A DNA stretch of 64,000 nt from an uncultured Chloroflexia bacterium (GTDB taxonomy: Bacteria; Chloroflexota; Chloroflexia; Thermomicrobiales; CFX8): positions 127,109-191,108 of the forward strand of contig CAVPYN010000019.1 in NCBI GenBank assembly GCA_963709995.1, written 5' to 3'. Position 1 is the stretch's first letter. The number at the start of each line of letters is the position of its first letter. The notes under the pieces are model-generated. The model saw only the letters and a program-made list of their open reading frames with translations. It was not told the DNA's origin and ran no database searches. Both the position numbers and the translations under genes were made by a program. Of this stretch, positions 33,915 through 43,825 are shown piece by piece.

Positions 33915-34850
33915 ATGCCTGAGCTTCAATGGCTACTCTCCCGGCTGGATGCGCGCGCGGTACTCGATATCTTGATCGTTTCCGCGATAATTTACATGCT
34001 TCTGGGTGTAGCGAGTGGAACTCGATCTGCCCTGATCATCCGTGGGTTGGTCATCGTATCGTTTTCCATGTGGATTCTTTCGCGAGCATTTGAACTGACT
34101 GCGGTGGGATTTCTGCTCCGGACGCTCCTTCCGGCGATCATTCTCGCAATACCAATCGTCTTCCAGCCCGAATTGCGGCGCCTTCTGGAACAGATCGGTC
34201 ACACTGGAGGCTGGTTGCGCACACCGTTCCCAACCAGTGGCAGCGACCCGCAACTCACGGCAACCGTCGACGAGATTGCGCGGGCTGCCTCGCAACTTAG
34301 CCGGTCACGAACCGGGGCACTTATCGTGCTCGAGCGCGACACGGGTCTCCAGGACTATATTGATCGGGGAGTTGCGCTCGACGCAAACGTGACGGCGAAC
34401 CTTCTGATCAGCTTGTTCTATCCAAAGTCACCGCTGCACGACGGCGCGGTCATCATACGTGGCGGGAAGATCGCGGCTGCGACCGTCGTTCTCCCGCTCA
34501 CGGAGAATCTTGCCCTGGACAACCGGCTTGGAACGCGTCATCGTGCCGCGATCGGAATAACGGAGGAGTCGGATGCTGTGGCGGTGGTCGTCTCTGAAGA
34601 GACCGGCCGCATATCGGTAGCCTATCCATCAGGCCGACTTATTGAGAATCTTGACCAGGAGCGCTTGCGGCGCGCACTTCGCACCCTTCTCCGTCTCGAA
34701 TCCAGATCGTCCCGCTCGCAGCGATCATCGGAGATGCTTCGACGAAATCGCAAGTCGGGAGCATCTGAATCCAGGCGACGGAAAGAACCGGCCCGCCGCA
34801 ATACTGAAACGAGCAAGACTGTCCTATGGGACACCGAATCCGACGCATAG
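33915..34850 (+). CDS. cdaA: diadenylate cyclase CdaA
   Basis: 3 N-terminal TMs, VFQPELRR, PLHDGAVII, LGTRHRAAIG, VSEETG. Confidence 0.93.
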   Translation: MPELQWLLSRLDARAVLDILIVSAIIYMLLGVASGTRSALIIRGLVIVSFSMWILSRAFELTAVGFLLRTLLPAIILAIPIVFQPELRRLLEQIGHTGGWLRTPFPTSGSDPQLTATVDEIARAASQLSRSRTGALIVLERDTGLQDYIDRGVALDANVTANLLISLFYPKSPLHDGAVIIRGGKIAAATVVLPLTENLALDNRLGTRHRAAIGITEESDAVAVVVSEETGRISVAYPSGRLIENLDQERLRRALRTLLRLESRSSRSQRSSEMLRRNRKSGASESRRRKEPARRNTETSKTVLWDTESDA

Positions 34851-36064
34851 TCAGCGCGGGCACGTTTGTCCGTCTTGCCGTATCAATCGCCCTCGCGTTC
34901 GTGATCTGGGGTTTCATCGTCTGGGAGACAAATCCAGAGGTGACGCGAACGTTTTCGGTTGTTGAGGTCGAAGCAATCAATATTCCGAGCGATATGCTGA
35001 TAGTCGGCGAGATACCGGACGTGTCGTTGGAGATAAAGGGCCCGCAAGATACCGTTCGGGGGATGGTCGCTGGTGACTTTCATCAGTATGTTGACCTGGC
35101 GGATGTCGATGAACCGGGAACTGCTCAATACAATGTTCAGGTAGAGGGGCCCGAAGGGTTGCGCAAGGTAACGGTAACTCCGTCGATGATTGAGATCGAA
35201 CTTGATCTTATCGTGACCGAAACGTTTCCCATTGTGATCCACGAAGATGATCCACGCCCGGCGAACGTTACGTCCGTCGAGCTCTCGACGGACCTCGTAT
35301 CCATTCAGGGGCCGGACGACGTTGTGTCGCAAGTCGTAGCAGTTGAGGTACCGGTTCAGCTCGAAAACCGAACCGAGTCGTTCACCGACCAGGTGCCGCT
35401 CATTCCAGTCGATGAGGCGGGGAATCCGGTAGCTGGTGTTACGGTGTCACCTGCTGAAGTCGAAGTATCGGTTGTGTTTGAGACGACGTCCAAAGTGGTT
35501 CCGGTGCGGGTGATCTGTGCGTGCATCGTGGATGAAAGCTTGCAGGAGATCGAGCTGACGACGGCAGCAGCGATTCCGTCGACTATTCGCCTCTCCGGGC
35601 CTGCCCCCGAACTTGCAACAGTAAACGCGATCAGCACTCAACCGATTGATATCTCGATTCTGAATGAGTCCGGCTGGATTCTCGACGTGGGCCTGGATCT
35701 TGCTGCCGTGCCAGAAACCGTAACGGTCTCGGAGCAATCGGTCGATGTCTGGGTTCCGGTCGAGCCGCAACGTCAGATACTTGAGAGCATTCCAATCGAA
35801 GTCATCGGGCTCGCTGGTTCTGCTAGTGTCACGCTGTCAGATGAAGAGGTTTCGATTGTGATTGTCGGAGCAAGTGATCTCGATGCTAGTGAACTTGAGA
35901 AAAGAGTAAAGGCAATCGTAGATCTTTCCGGACTGACACCGGGATCCTATACCGTCGATGTAGAGGTCGTCATTCCTCCCGGCGTGTCCTTCGACGAGGT
36001 TAATCCTGGCACGGTCCGAGTGCAGATTGCCGCGTTTCCGGTGACGACGGGTCGAGGCGATTGA
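34826..36064 (+). CDS. cdaR: CdaR/YbbR-domain protein
   Basis: Single N-terminal TM plus repeated YbbR beta domains (VDLADV..PG, VDLSGLTPGSY); overlaps cdaA. Confidence 0.85.
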   Translation: MGHRIRRIVSAGTFVRLAVSIALAFVIWGFIVWETNPEVTRTFSVVEVEAINIPSDMLIVGEIPDVSLEIKGPQDTVRGMVAGDFHQYVDLADVDEPGTAQYNVQVEGPEGLRKVTVTPSMIEIELDLIVTETFPIVIHEDDPRPANVTSVELSTDLVSIQGPDDVVSQVVAVEVPVQLENRTESFTDQVPLIPVDEAGNPVAGVTVSPAEVEVSVVFETTSKVVPVRVICACIVDESLQEIELTTAAAIPSTIRLSGPAPELATVNAISTQPIDISILNESGWILDVGLDLAAVPETVTVSEQSVDVWVPVEPQRQILESIPIEVIGLAGSASVTLSDEEVSIVIVGASDLDASELEKRVKAIVDLSGLTPGSYTVDVEVVIPPGVSFDEVNPGTVRVQIAAFPVTTGRGD

Positions 36065-36090
36065 CACTACAACGACCGCTCTCGTGTTCT

Positions 36091-36696
36091 TCAGACTAGA
36101 CTACTATCAAGCCTGAGATCATGAGACAGTAGGATTGCTTCGGCCACTTCTTTCATCGACTTCCGGTTGTCCATGCTGGTCTTGCGCATCCGGCGGAATG
36201 CGTCTGATTCGGACAGCCCATGGCTATCCATGAGGACACCTTTGGCGCGCTCTACCAGTTTGCGGGTTTCGAGCGCGTCTTCGAGATCATGCACTTGCTG
36301 TTTGAGCGAGCGCACTTCCGCGAATCGCCGCAGCGCGATCTCAATTGCCGGTGCCAGATCGGCGCCCCGAATCGGTTTCACGAGCAATCCGAAGACCCCT
36401 GCCTCTGAAGCCCGATTGATAGCTTCGCGGTCATTGGCAGCGATCAGCAGAACGACCGGAGCGTCACATGAGGCGGTTATCGCGCTGGCGGCATGTATGG
36501 CGGCTGGATCCAGTGGTTCCGCGCCCAGCAGAGTTATGTCTGGATGCATTTTGGCGGAGAGTTCGACCGCTTGCGTAGCGTTGGACGCCTCGGCAACAAC
36601 GTCATACCCATGTTCGTGCAACATGTCCCGCAAGGACGATCGATCGCTTGACTCGTCTTCCGCGATGAGTACCCGATGTAGCGTTGGCGACCCCAT
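36091..36696 (-). CDS. ANTAR-domain response regulator (PdtaR/AmiR-like), atypical receiver
   Basis: RVLIAEDE, LVKP, ANTAR LETRKLVERAKGVLM...EAFRRMRKTSMD; ATG 36696 preferred over TTG 36714. Confidence 0.88.
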   Translation of the reverse strand: MGSPTLHRVLIAEDESSDRSSLRDMLHEHGYDVVAEASNATQAVELSAKMHPDITLLGAEPLDPAAIHAASAITASCDAPVVLLIAANDREAINRASEAGVFGLLVKPIRGADLAPAIEIALRRFAEVRSLKQQVHDLEDALETRKLVERAKGVLMDSHGLSESDAFRRMRKTSMDNRKSMKEVAEAILLSHDLRLDSSLV

Positions 36697-36781
36697 TGTC
36701 ACCCACCTTTTCAAATGAATACGGCCGAGCCGACAATCTCATACGATCTTGATTCGCAGCATTGCTGTGGTGAATCAATAT

Positions 36782-36817
36782 AGTGAACGCCGACACATTG
36801 GCGTGCCGGCGTTCACT
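36782..36817 (-). terminator. hairpin downstream of tRNA-Pro
   Basis: AGTGAACGCCG...CGGCGTTCACT inverted repeat. Confidence 0.6.
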
Positions 36818-36829
36818 GGTCCCACGTAC

Positions 36830-36904
<75 letters not shown>

Positions 36905-36974
36905 TCAGGGGGGCAGTATACCACCTTGGCAAAACGCTCTTTCCGCCGTGCAAAAACGGCCAAAATCTGGAGAA

Positions 36975-37370
36975 CTACTTGATTTCTACCGAAGCACCAG
37001 CCTCTTCGAGTTTCGCCTTCGCGGCTTCCGCGTCCTCTTTGCTGACACCTTCGCGGACCGCTCCGGGAGCGCCGTCGACGACGTCCTTCGCTTCCTTCAG
37101 CCCCAAGCTTGTCAGCTCACGAACCGCTTTGATCACCTGGATCTTGTTCGCGCCGACCTCGGTGAGAATCACGTCAAACTCGGTCTGCTCTTCTTCTGCT
37201 GCAGCCGCTTCTCCGCCACCAGCGCCCGGCGCTGCTGCCATGGCCATCGGTGCTGCGGCAGAGACGCCAAACTTCTCTTCGAGCGCCTTGACCAGCTCCG
37301 CAAGCTCGAGCACAGACATCTGTTCGATCGACTCGATGATGTTGTCCATCTTTGCCTGATCTACTGCCAT
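36975..37370 (-). CDS. rplL: 50S ribosomal protein L7/L12
   Basis: [42 protein letters not shown]. Confidence 0.97.
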   Translation of the reverse strand: MAVDQAKMDNIIESIEQMSVLELAELVKALEEKFGVSAAAPMAMAAAPGAGGGEAAAAEEEQTEFDVILTEVGANKIQVIKAVRELTSLGLKEAKDVVDGAPGAVREGVSKEDAEAAKAKLEEAGASVEIK

Positions 37371-37391
37371 AGCGTTCCCCTTTTCTCTTGA

Positions 37392-37916
37392 TTATGCAGC
37401 TTGCTCAAGCTGCTCTTTGCGTGCCTGTAGAACGTATGCAAGTGATCGCACGGGTCCTGAAAGCACGATTACGATGCCGTACAGTGGGCTGGAAATCCCT
37501 CCGACGACCTTGGCCACTAGTTCATCGCGGCTCGGAAGATCGGCGATTGCGCCAACCTGGTCCGCAGTGAGGACTTCACCGTCTAAGACCCCGGCCTTAA
37601 TCTCCAGGATACGTGACGATCTAGCGAAATCGCGCAGCACTTTCGCTGGCTGTGCAGGATCGCTCCATGAGAATACGAGCGCGGTCGGACCTTCGAGCAC
37701 ATCATCCAGGCCGGTGATGTCCTGCGAATGGGCCGCGATCCTGGTCAGGGTGTTCTTCGCCACCCGCATTTCGGCTTCACTTTCGCGAAGCTGCGCGCGC
37801 AACCGCTGCATGTCCGGTACGGACAATCCACGATAGTCCGCCAGGATGGTCAGTGACGATCGTTGAAGCGCGTCGGTTAGCTCGGCGATGGTTGCTTCCT
37901 TCTTAGGCGTTGGCAG
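37392..37916 (-). CDS. rplJ: 50S ribosomal protein L10 (apparent CTG start)
   Basis: DYRGLSV, VAKNTL, GPTAL, LPSRDEL; SD GGGAGGT 9 nt upstream of CTG at 37916. Confidence 0.93.
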   Translation of the reverse strand: MPTPKKEATIAELTDALQRSSLTILADYRGLSVPDMQRLRAQLRESEAEMRVAKNTLTRIAAHSQDITGLDDVLEGPTALVFSWSDPAQPAKVLRDFARSSRILEIKAGVLDGEVLTADQVGAIADLPSRDELVAKVVGGISSPLYGIVIVLSGPVRSLAYVLQARKEQLEQAA

Positions 37917-37961
37917 AGCTTCCTTACCTCCCTTCTCAATACTGCTTTCCGTCAATACAAT

Positions 37962-38086
37962 GACCGCCTCGGTGCTGCAAGGCACGGAGGCGGTCGATTC
38001 AGTCAAATTTGATCTGAAGACCGTCCTCCCGCCACCTCGACCGGATGATTAAGTGCGTCGCACCCCGGTTGTCATCAGCACGCGGG
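37962..38086 (-). promoter_or_regulatory. L10 leader (ribosomal protein autoregulatory RNA)
   Basis: GACAACCGG...TTAA...CCGGTCGAGG core plus downstream hairpin GACCGCCTC...GAGGCGGTC in rplA-rplJ spacer. Confidence 0.65.
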
Positions 38087-38105
38087 ACAGAAAGCTCTCG
38101 AATGT

Positions 38106-38831
38106 TTAACTCACGCTTGCCTCTGCTGCGGCAAGCGTCTCCGCGACATCAAGTTTGATGCCCGGTGACATTGTACTCGTAATGTAGATCGTTTGGCAAA
38201 ACTGGCCGCGCACCGCATCGGGGCGAAGACGCTGGATCGCGTCAGTCAGAACCAGCAAGTTCTCCAGCAGTTGCGACTCTTCAAACGATCGCTTTCCAAT
38301 TGCGTTGTGAATCAGGCCGGTACGATCGTTGCGAAACTCGATTCGCCCGCCCTTGACGCCCCGAATGACGTCAGGAAGGTCTTCCGTATCCCGCACGACG
38401 GTACCAGCGCGAGGGTTTGGCATCAGTCCACGTCGACCGAGGATCCGTCCAAGCCCGCCCACCTTGCTCATCTGGTCCGCCATGGCGATCGTGGCATCAA
38501 ACTCAAGCCAGCCGTCGTTGATTCGGGCGACCAGATCATCGCTACCGACGTACTCGGCGCCCGCTTCTTCCGCCGCCCGTGCGGCGTCGCCTACCGCGAA
38601 GACAAGCACCCGAACTTCCCGTCCAGTGCCATGCGGCAACAGAACGGTCGAGCGAATTGCCTGATCAGCCTGGCGAGGGTCGATGTTCAAGCGATAGTGG
38701 GCTTCGATCGTTTCGTCAAAATTCGCGAAGCTCACCTCTTTGAGAAGCTTAACTGCCTCTTCCGGGTGGTACTCGCGGTCGCGGTCCACGAGGGCCGCTG
38801 CAGCGTTGTACTTCTTTCCATGTTTCGCCAT
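38106..38831 (-). CDS. rplA: 50S ribosomal protein L1
   Basis: MAKHGKKY, FDETIE, LPHGTG, LGRRGLMPNPRAGTV, STMSPG. Confidence 0.97.
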   Translation of the reverse strand: MAKHGKKYNAAAALVDRDREYHPEEAVKLLKEVSFANFDETIEAHYRLNIDPRQADQAIRSTVLLPHGTGREVRVLVFAVGDAARAAEEAGAEYVGSDDLVARINDGWLEFDATIAMADQMSKVGGLGRILGRRGLMPNPRAGTVVRDTEDLPDVIRGVKGGRIEFRNDRTGLIHNAIGKRSFEESQLLENLLVLTDAIQRLRPDAVRGQFCQTIYITSTMSPGIKLDVAETLAAAEASVS

Positions 38832-38847
38832 GGTGCGCTCTCTTCCC

Positions 38848-38880
38848 GTGGTTCCGGCGGGGCAGTGTGGCCCCTCCCAC
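38848..38880 (-). promoter_or_regulatory. candidate L1-binding autoregulatory hairpin between rplK and rplA
   Basis: GTGG-GAG-GGGC-CACACT-GCCC...CCAC: two stems with an asymmetric internal loop, like known L1 operators. Confidence 0.5.
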
Positions 38881-38890
38881 CTGGCTGCGA

Positions 38891-39316
38891 TTAACCTGTG
38901 ACTAGAATTCCCATCGAGCGGGCGGTGCCTTCGACCTGCTTCATCGCGCCATCGAGATCCACCGCGTTGAGGTCCGGCATCTTGAGCTCGGCAATCTCGC
39001 GAACCTGATCTCTTGAAACCCGCCCGGCGACTTCCGTCTTTACGTTGCTGGCCGCCTTGTCAATGCCAGCGGCTTTGCGTAAGAGATCGGCAGCGGGTGG
39101 GGTCTTCGTCACGAACGTGAAGGATCGATCCTCGAACACGGTAATGACGACCGGAATGATCTGGCCCATCTGGCTTGATGTGCGTTCGTTGTATTCCTTG
39201 CAGAAATCCATGATCGGGACCCCGTGCTGACCTAGCGCCGGGCCGATCGGTGGTGCTGGTGTCGCCTTGCCAGCCGGGATCTGGAGCTTGATGTATGCGC
39301 GTACTTTCCTGGCCAT
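38891..39316 (-). CDS. rplK: 50S ribosomal protein L11
   Basis: [32 protein letters not shown]. Confidence 0.97.
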   Translation of the reverse strand: MARKVRAYIKLQIPAGKATPAPPIGPALGQHGVPIMDFCKEYNERTSSQMGQIIPVVITVFEDRSFTFVTKTPPAADLLRKAAGIDKAASNVKTEVAGRVSRDQVREIAELKMPDLNAVDLDGAMKQVEGTARSMGILVTG

Positions 39317-39390
39317 GAGTTTCGCGCTCCTTGCTAACTAATGAATACATGAAAGACCGCCGGCATCCGTTGCCGACCACAACCTTGGGA

Positions 39391-40002
39391 TTATACAGCG
39401 GGGCTACAGGATTCGCGCTCAACCTGCAAGAAGTCAAGTTCCACCGGCACTTCTCGGCCGAAGAATGAGACGAGAACCTTGACCGTTCCTTTTTCCCGGT
39501 TGATCTCGTCGACCGCCCCACGGAAATCACTGAACGGGCCATCGGTGATCCGGACCGCGTCGCCGACAGAGAGCGACATCGTGACCCGTGGTTCGTCCGA
39601 GGTCATGCCAGCGATGATCCGTTCGACCTCGTCGGGCGGGAGTGGTGTCGGCTCCGTGCCATCTCCAACGAAGCTAGTTACACCGGGAGTGTGGCGTACA
39701 ACCGACCATGCTTCGTCGTCCATGACCATTTTGACCAATACGTAGCCCGGAAACACCTTCTTCTGGACAGTCTTCCGTTGCCCGGATTTGATCTCGATCT
39801 CTTCCTGGGTTGGAACCACAATCTCGAAGATGCGATCCTCCGCGTCCATCGATTCGATGCGGTGGATCAGGTTCTGGCGGACCTTGTTTTCATAGCCGGA
39901 ATAGGTATGCACTACATACCAATCACCTTCAGACCCGCCTGGCTGATCTCCAGCCTCTTCACGGGCGCGTTGCTTGAGCCGTTCACGAATTGAGCGCGCC
40001 AC
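39391..40002 (-). CDS. nusG: transcription termination/antitermination factor NusG
   Basis: WYVVHTYSGYENKV, FPGYVLV, TPGVTSFVG, KOW GDAVRITDGPF, FGREVPVEL. Confidence 0.96.
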   Translation of the reverse strand: MARSIRERLKQRAREEAGDQPGGSEGDWYVVHTYSGYENKVRQNLIHRIESMDAEDRIFEIVVPTQEEIEIKSGQRKTVQKKVFPGYVLVKMVMDDEAWSVVRHTPGVTSFVGDGTEPTPLPPDEVERIIAGMTSDEPRVTMSLSVGDAVRITDGPFSDFRGAVDEINREKGTVKVLVSFFGREVPVELDFLQVERESCSPAV

Positions 40003-40026
40003 GATTTGCCTCTTTCCTCACTGGAA

Positions 40027-40278
40027 CTAGAACGTCGGGATGTTCTGCCAAACTCGGACGAAAATTGCGTCGATACCACCGAGCAGCGCGCCAAGGACGA
40101 TGCTCAGAACAATAACGAAAAGCGTTAGATTTCGCGTCGTATCAGAATCCGGCCATGTAACCTTGCGAATCTCCGACGTTGTGTCTCGAACCATCGTTCT
40201 GAGACGACCGACCAATGTGAGATTCTGTTCGGTTCCACGGGTCCTGCCTCGACGGGTGCCTGTGCGTTGTGAAGCCAT
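40027..40278 (-). CDS. secE: preprotein translocase subunit SecE
   Basis: EIRKVTWP plus one TM; upstream of nusG. Confidence 0.92.
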   Translation of the reverse strand: MASQRTGTRRGRTRGTEQNLTLVGRLRTMVRDTTSEIRKVTWPDSDTTRNLTLFVIVLSIVLGALLGGIDAIFVRVWQNIPTF

Positions 40279-40444
40279 GTGTTGGCTACCCTCTTAATGC
40301 CGTGAGTCGCGTATGACGCGGACGGTACCCAGGCACAAACTTAAACAACTCCGATACGCGCATTTGATTATATCTTGCCGCCGGAATAGTGGAGATCACC
40401 AGCACCATCGGGACGAGACCAGGTCCCGCAATGCGTGATCTGGG

Positions 40445-40517
<73 letters not shown>

Positions 40518-40597
40518 ATGTTCGTGGTGACACCCACACGACTCCGTTGCCAACCTAGGCTGCCGTCCGGAGCCCACTCGATTATACCCAACCGATT

Positions 40598-40641
40598 GAA
40601 AACTGGCCGGAGTCACGGTTCGAATCCGGTTCTCCGGCCAG
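40598..40641 (-). terminator. intrinsic terminator after tuf
   Basis: CTGGCCGGAG...CTCCGGCCAG followed by TTTT on the minus strand. Confidence 0.75.
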
Positions 40642-40653
40642 CATCAGCGCTGA

Positions 40654-41856
40654 TTACTCGATGATGGAGGTGACGACGCCTGCGCCGACGGTCCGACCAC
40701 CTTCACGGATCGCAAAGCGCAACCCTTCTTCAATCGCCACCGGCTGGATCAACTCCACCTTCATCTCGACATTGTCCCCCGGCATCACCATCTCCAGCTC
40801 CGGCGCAAAATCAATCGCCCCGGTCACATCGGTCGTCCGCACAAAGAACTGGGGCCGGTAACCCCGGAAAAACGGCGTGTGCCGTCCCCCTTCTTCCTTG
40901 CTCAACACATACACCTCAGCGTTGAAGGTCGTGTGCGGGGTAATGCTCCCCGGCGCCGCCAACACCTGTCCCCGTTCAATGTCCTCCCGCTCGATGCCCC
41001 GCAACAACGCACCAATGTTGTCGCCCGCCACACCAGCATCCAACGTCTTCTGGAACATCTCCACCCCGGTCACCACCGTCGACACCGTCGGCTTGATCCC
41101 GACGATCTCGATCGTCTCTCCCTGCTTGACCTGCCCACGCTCGACTCGACCGGTCACGACCGTCCCACGTCCCTTGATCCCAAACACATCTTCAATCGGC
41201 ATCAGGAACGGACGATCCATCAACCGTTCCGGGGTCGGGATGTAGTCATCCACCGCCTGCATCAACTCCAGGATCGGCGCGTACTCCGGCGCACTGGCAT
41301 CCTCGCTGGCACTCTCCAACGCCGCCAAGGCACTGCCCCGGATGATCGGAATCTCATCACCCGGAAACTCGTAGTCGCTGAGCAGTTCGCGGACTTCCAA
41401 CTCGACCAACTCCAGCAACTCTTCGTCATCCATCATGTCGACCTTGTTCAGGAAGACCACCATCGCCGGCACCTCGACCTGCCGCGCCAGCAGGATGTGC
41501 TCGCGTGTCTGGGGCATCGGTCCATCGGGCGCACTGACCACCAGGATCGCTCCATCCATCTGGGCTGCCCCGGTAATCATGTTCTTGATGTAGTCGGCAT
41601 GGCCAGGACAGTCCACATGGGCGTAGTGCCGGGCTTCCGTCTCATACTCGACGTGGCTGATGGCAATCGTGATCCCGCGTTCCCGCTCTTCCGGCGCGTT
41701 GTCGATCGAATCGAAAGACCGGAACGCCGCCCCGCTCCCGGCCAGACCCAACGTCTTGGTGATCGCCGCGGTCAACGTCGTCTTGCCGTGATCGACATGC
41801 CCAATCGTCCCAATATTGATGTGCGGCTTCGTTCGCTCAAATCTCGCCTTCGCCAT
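40654..41856 (-). CDS. tuf: elongation factor Tu
   Basis: [37 protein letters not shown]; ATG 41856 with SD AAGGGG. Confidence 0.98.
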   Translation of the reverse strand: MAKARFERTKPHINIGTIGHVDHGKTTLTAAITKTLGLAGSGAAFRSFDSIDNAPEERERGITIAISHVEYETEARHYAHVDCPGHADYIKNMITGAAQMDGAILVVSAPDGPMPQTREHILLARQVEVPAMVVFLNKVDMMDDEELLELVELEVRELLSDYEFPGDEIPIIRGSALAALESASEDASAPEYAPILELMQAVDDYIPTPERLMDRPFLMPIEDVFGIKGRGTVVTGRVERGQVKQGETIEIVGIKPTVSTVVTGVEMFQKTLDAGVAGDNIGALLRGIEREDIERGQVLAAPGSITPHTTFNAEVYVLSKEEGGRHTPFFRGYRPQFFVRTTDVTGAIDFAPELEMVMPGDNVEMKVELIQPVAIEEGLRFAIREGGRTVGAGVVTSIIE

Positions 41857-41979
41857 GCTCTTCCCCTTGCGTTCCCGTCGATCCTCAGCACTGAAGGAGC
41901 TGGCGCGCACTGCGAGCGCGCAGGACCGTTGCGGTGCTATTCCATACAGAAACCCATCGGGCAGCTAAGCCGGATGGGC

Positions 41980-42063
41980 TGGTGGGGGGAGACGGATTCG
42001 AACCGCCGAAGCTCACGCACCTGGTTTACAGCCAGGCCCAATTGTCCACTCTGGCATCCCCCC
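41980..42063 (-). tRNA. tRNA-Tyr(GTA), CCA encoded
   Basis: GGGGGGA/TCCCCCC acceptor; CCTGG-CTGTAAA-CCAGG; long variable arm. Confidence 0.95.
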
Positions 42064-42191
42064 GCAGCTCGTTGTCGCGGGTCAATCGTCCCAGCTGGCG
42101 TCCCGATTTCCCCGAGATGCCCAGTCCCGGAGTATACCACTAGGATCGCCGCGCTTCGCAACCGCTGTCGAGAATATCCGAAGGCAATCCG

Positions 42192-43772
42192 CTAGCTGCT
42201 TCGGCGTAGTTTCACCGCCATGTGCTCGGCAATCGTCATGCACGGGAGGTTGGTGTTTGCTCGTGTCACCTCTGGCATGATCGAACCGTCGATGACTCTC
42301 AGTTTCTGAAAACCAAGGACCCGGCACTCCGAATCGACGACGGTTCGGGGATCGTTCAATGCTCCCATCCGGCAGGTCCCGACGAGATGCCAGGTGTCGC
42401 GCGCGGCGTCCATCATCCAGGCATCAAGCGCATCATCGTCATGTTCGACGTCTTCGACTCTGAGATCGACCGTCCCGGTCACCCCTTTAGAGAGGGTAAC
42501 CCCATCGCTCATCGACTGAATCGCGGGATGGCGGCTAATCTCGAACATGCGCCGCGCGCCATCTCGCAGTCGAATCAGATCGCGTTCGTCCGATAGCATG
42601 TTCTCGTGTATCGCTGGCATTGCGAACGGATCTCGGTCGACCAGCTTCAATTCGCCGCGGGAAAAATTCTGCCAGGTCACGACCGCGAGCGCTCCCGCGG
42701 CAAACCCGGAATCGTCATAGCCATTGAGATTGCGGCTCGCCATCATCATGTCATTTTCGAGTGCGCCTCCCAGTCCTGAGCTATAACGGATGTAACACCC
42801 GAGAAGGCGATCATCACGATTGTTTGTCCGAGCTTCAGGACGGAGCGTCAAGTGGATGCCGACTGAGGTGTGATCGAGCAGATTCTGACCTACCGGGAGA
42901 TCGGCGAGCACTTCGATTCCGAGATTCTCGAGCTGCTCCGCTGGACCGATGCCGGACCGCATCAGGATTGGCGGTGAAAAGACCGATCCCGCCGAGAGTA
43001 TGACTTCTCCAGCGTGCCGCTCCTGCCACTCGCCGTCGATATGGACGCGCACGCCGATGGCCTTCGTACCTTCGAACAGGACCCGATCGACGTGCGCGTT
43101 TCCCTGAATCGTCAGGTTGTCGCGGCTTCTGGACGGTTCAAGATAGGCGTCATTCGTCGAAACACGATTGTCGATTGTGCGATTAACTGGCAGAACGGTA
43201 ATGCCGGTAGCATCCGGCGCGTTGTGATCAGCATGCCACGGATAGCCAAGGTCGAGCGCTGCCTCGATGAATCCGAGATCTACGTTCCCGAGTTCCCAGA
43301 ATCTCGGCCGTCGGACGGTGATCGGCCCCCGATTGCCGTGGTAAGGGGCTGAACCAAAGTCCAGGTCGTTCTCGAGCCTGTTCATGGCCGGCAGCAGCTC
43401 TTCGCCAGACCAGCCTGTGCATCCCTGTTGCGCCCAGCGGTCATAGTCTTCGAGCGGGGCACGGTGGGCGACCTGCCAGTTGATCGCAGAACTACCTCCC
43501 ACCCCTCGCCCGCGGTCATAGAGCCTGGGCTGTTGGGTCGAGGTCCGCGTAGCCGTCAGGTCCGGCCATTGAACATCCGGAAAGCGCTCCGGATTTGTGA
43601 TCCCGAGCGGGTTCGGGCTTCTCATCTCCGGCGGCGCTTCGCTGGACTGGTAGTCCGGGCCGCTCTCCAGGAGCAACACGGTGGTGTCCCGATTCTCGGT
43701 GAGGCGTGCCGCTAGCACCGCTCCGGACGAGCCAGCTCCAACGATGATGTAATCGTAGATCGACCGTTCCAT
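42192..43772 (-). CDS. GMC-family FAD oxidoreductase (choline dehydrogenase-like)
   Basis: IIVGAGSSG, GRGVGGSSAIN, SPPILMRSGIG, VGQNLLDH, WHLVGTCRMG, ANTNLP. Confidence 0.9.
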   Translation of the reverse strand: MERSIYDYIIVGAGSSGAVLAARLTENRDTTVLLLESGPDYQSSEAPPEMRSPNPLGITNPERFPDVQWPDLTATRTSTQQPRLYDRGRGVGGSSAINWQVAHRAPLEDYDRWAQQGCTGWSGEELLPAMNRLENDLDFGSAPYHGNRGPITVRRPRFWELGNVDLGFIEAALDLGYPWHADHNAPDATGITVLPVNRTIDNRVSTNDAYLEPSRSRDNLTIQGNAHVDRVLFEGTKAIGVRVHIDGEWQERHAGEVILSAGSVFSPPILMRSGIGPAEQLENLGIEVLADLPVGQNLLDHTSVGIHLTLRPEARTNNRDDRLLGCYIRYSSGLGGALENDMMMASRNLNGYDDSGFAAGALAVVTWQNFSRGELKLVDRDPFAMPAIHENMLSDERDLIRLRDGARRMFEISRHPAIQSMSDGVTLSKGVTGTVDLRVEDVEHDDDALDAWMMDAARDTWHLVGTCRMGALNDPRTVVDSECRVLGFQKLRVIDGSIMPEVTRANTNLPCMTIAEHMAVKLRRSS

Positions 43773-43825
43773 CTCTGATCCCTCGCAGCGACAACGATGT
43801 TCCGCGAAAACATTCTAGTACGCCG

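Noticed and set aside
40603-40641. tRNA-like minihelix on plus strand (GGTTCGAATCC...CTCCGGCCA)
   Set aside because: No D or anticodon arm; explained as the tuf terminator on the minus strand with T-tail
40879-42195. 438-aa ORF antisense to tuf
   Set aside because: Codon-bias shadow typical of high-GC genes; runs through tRNA-Tyr
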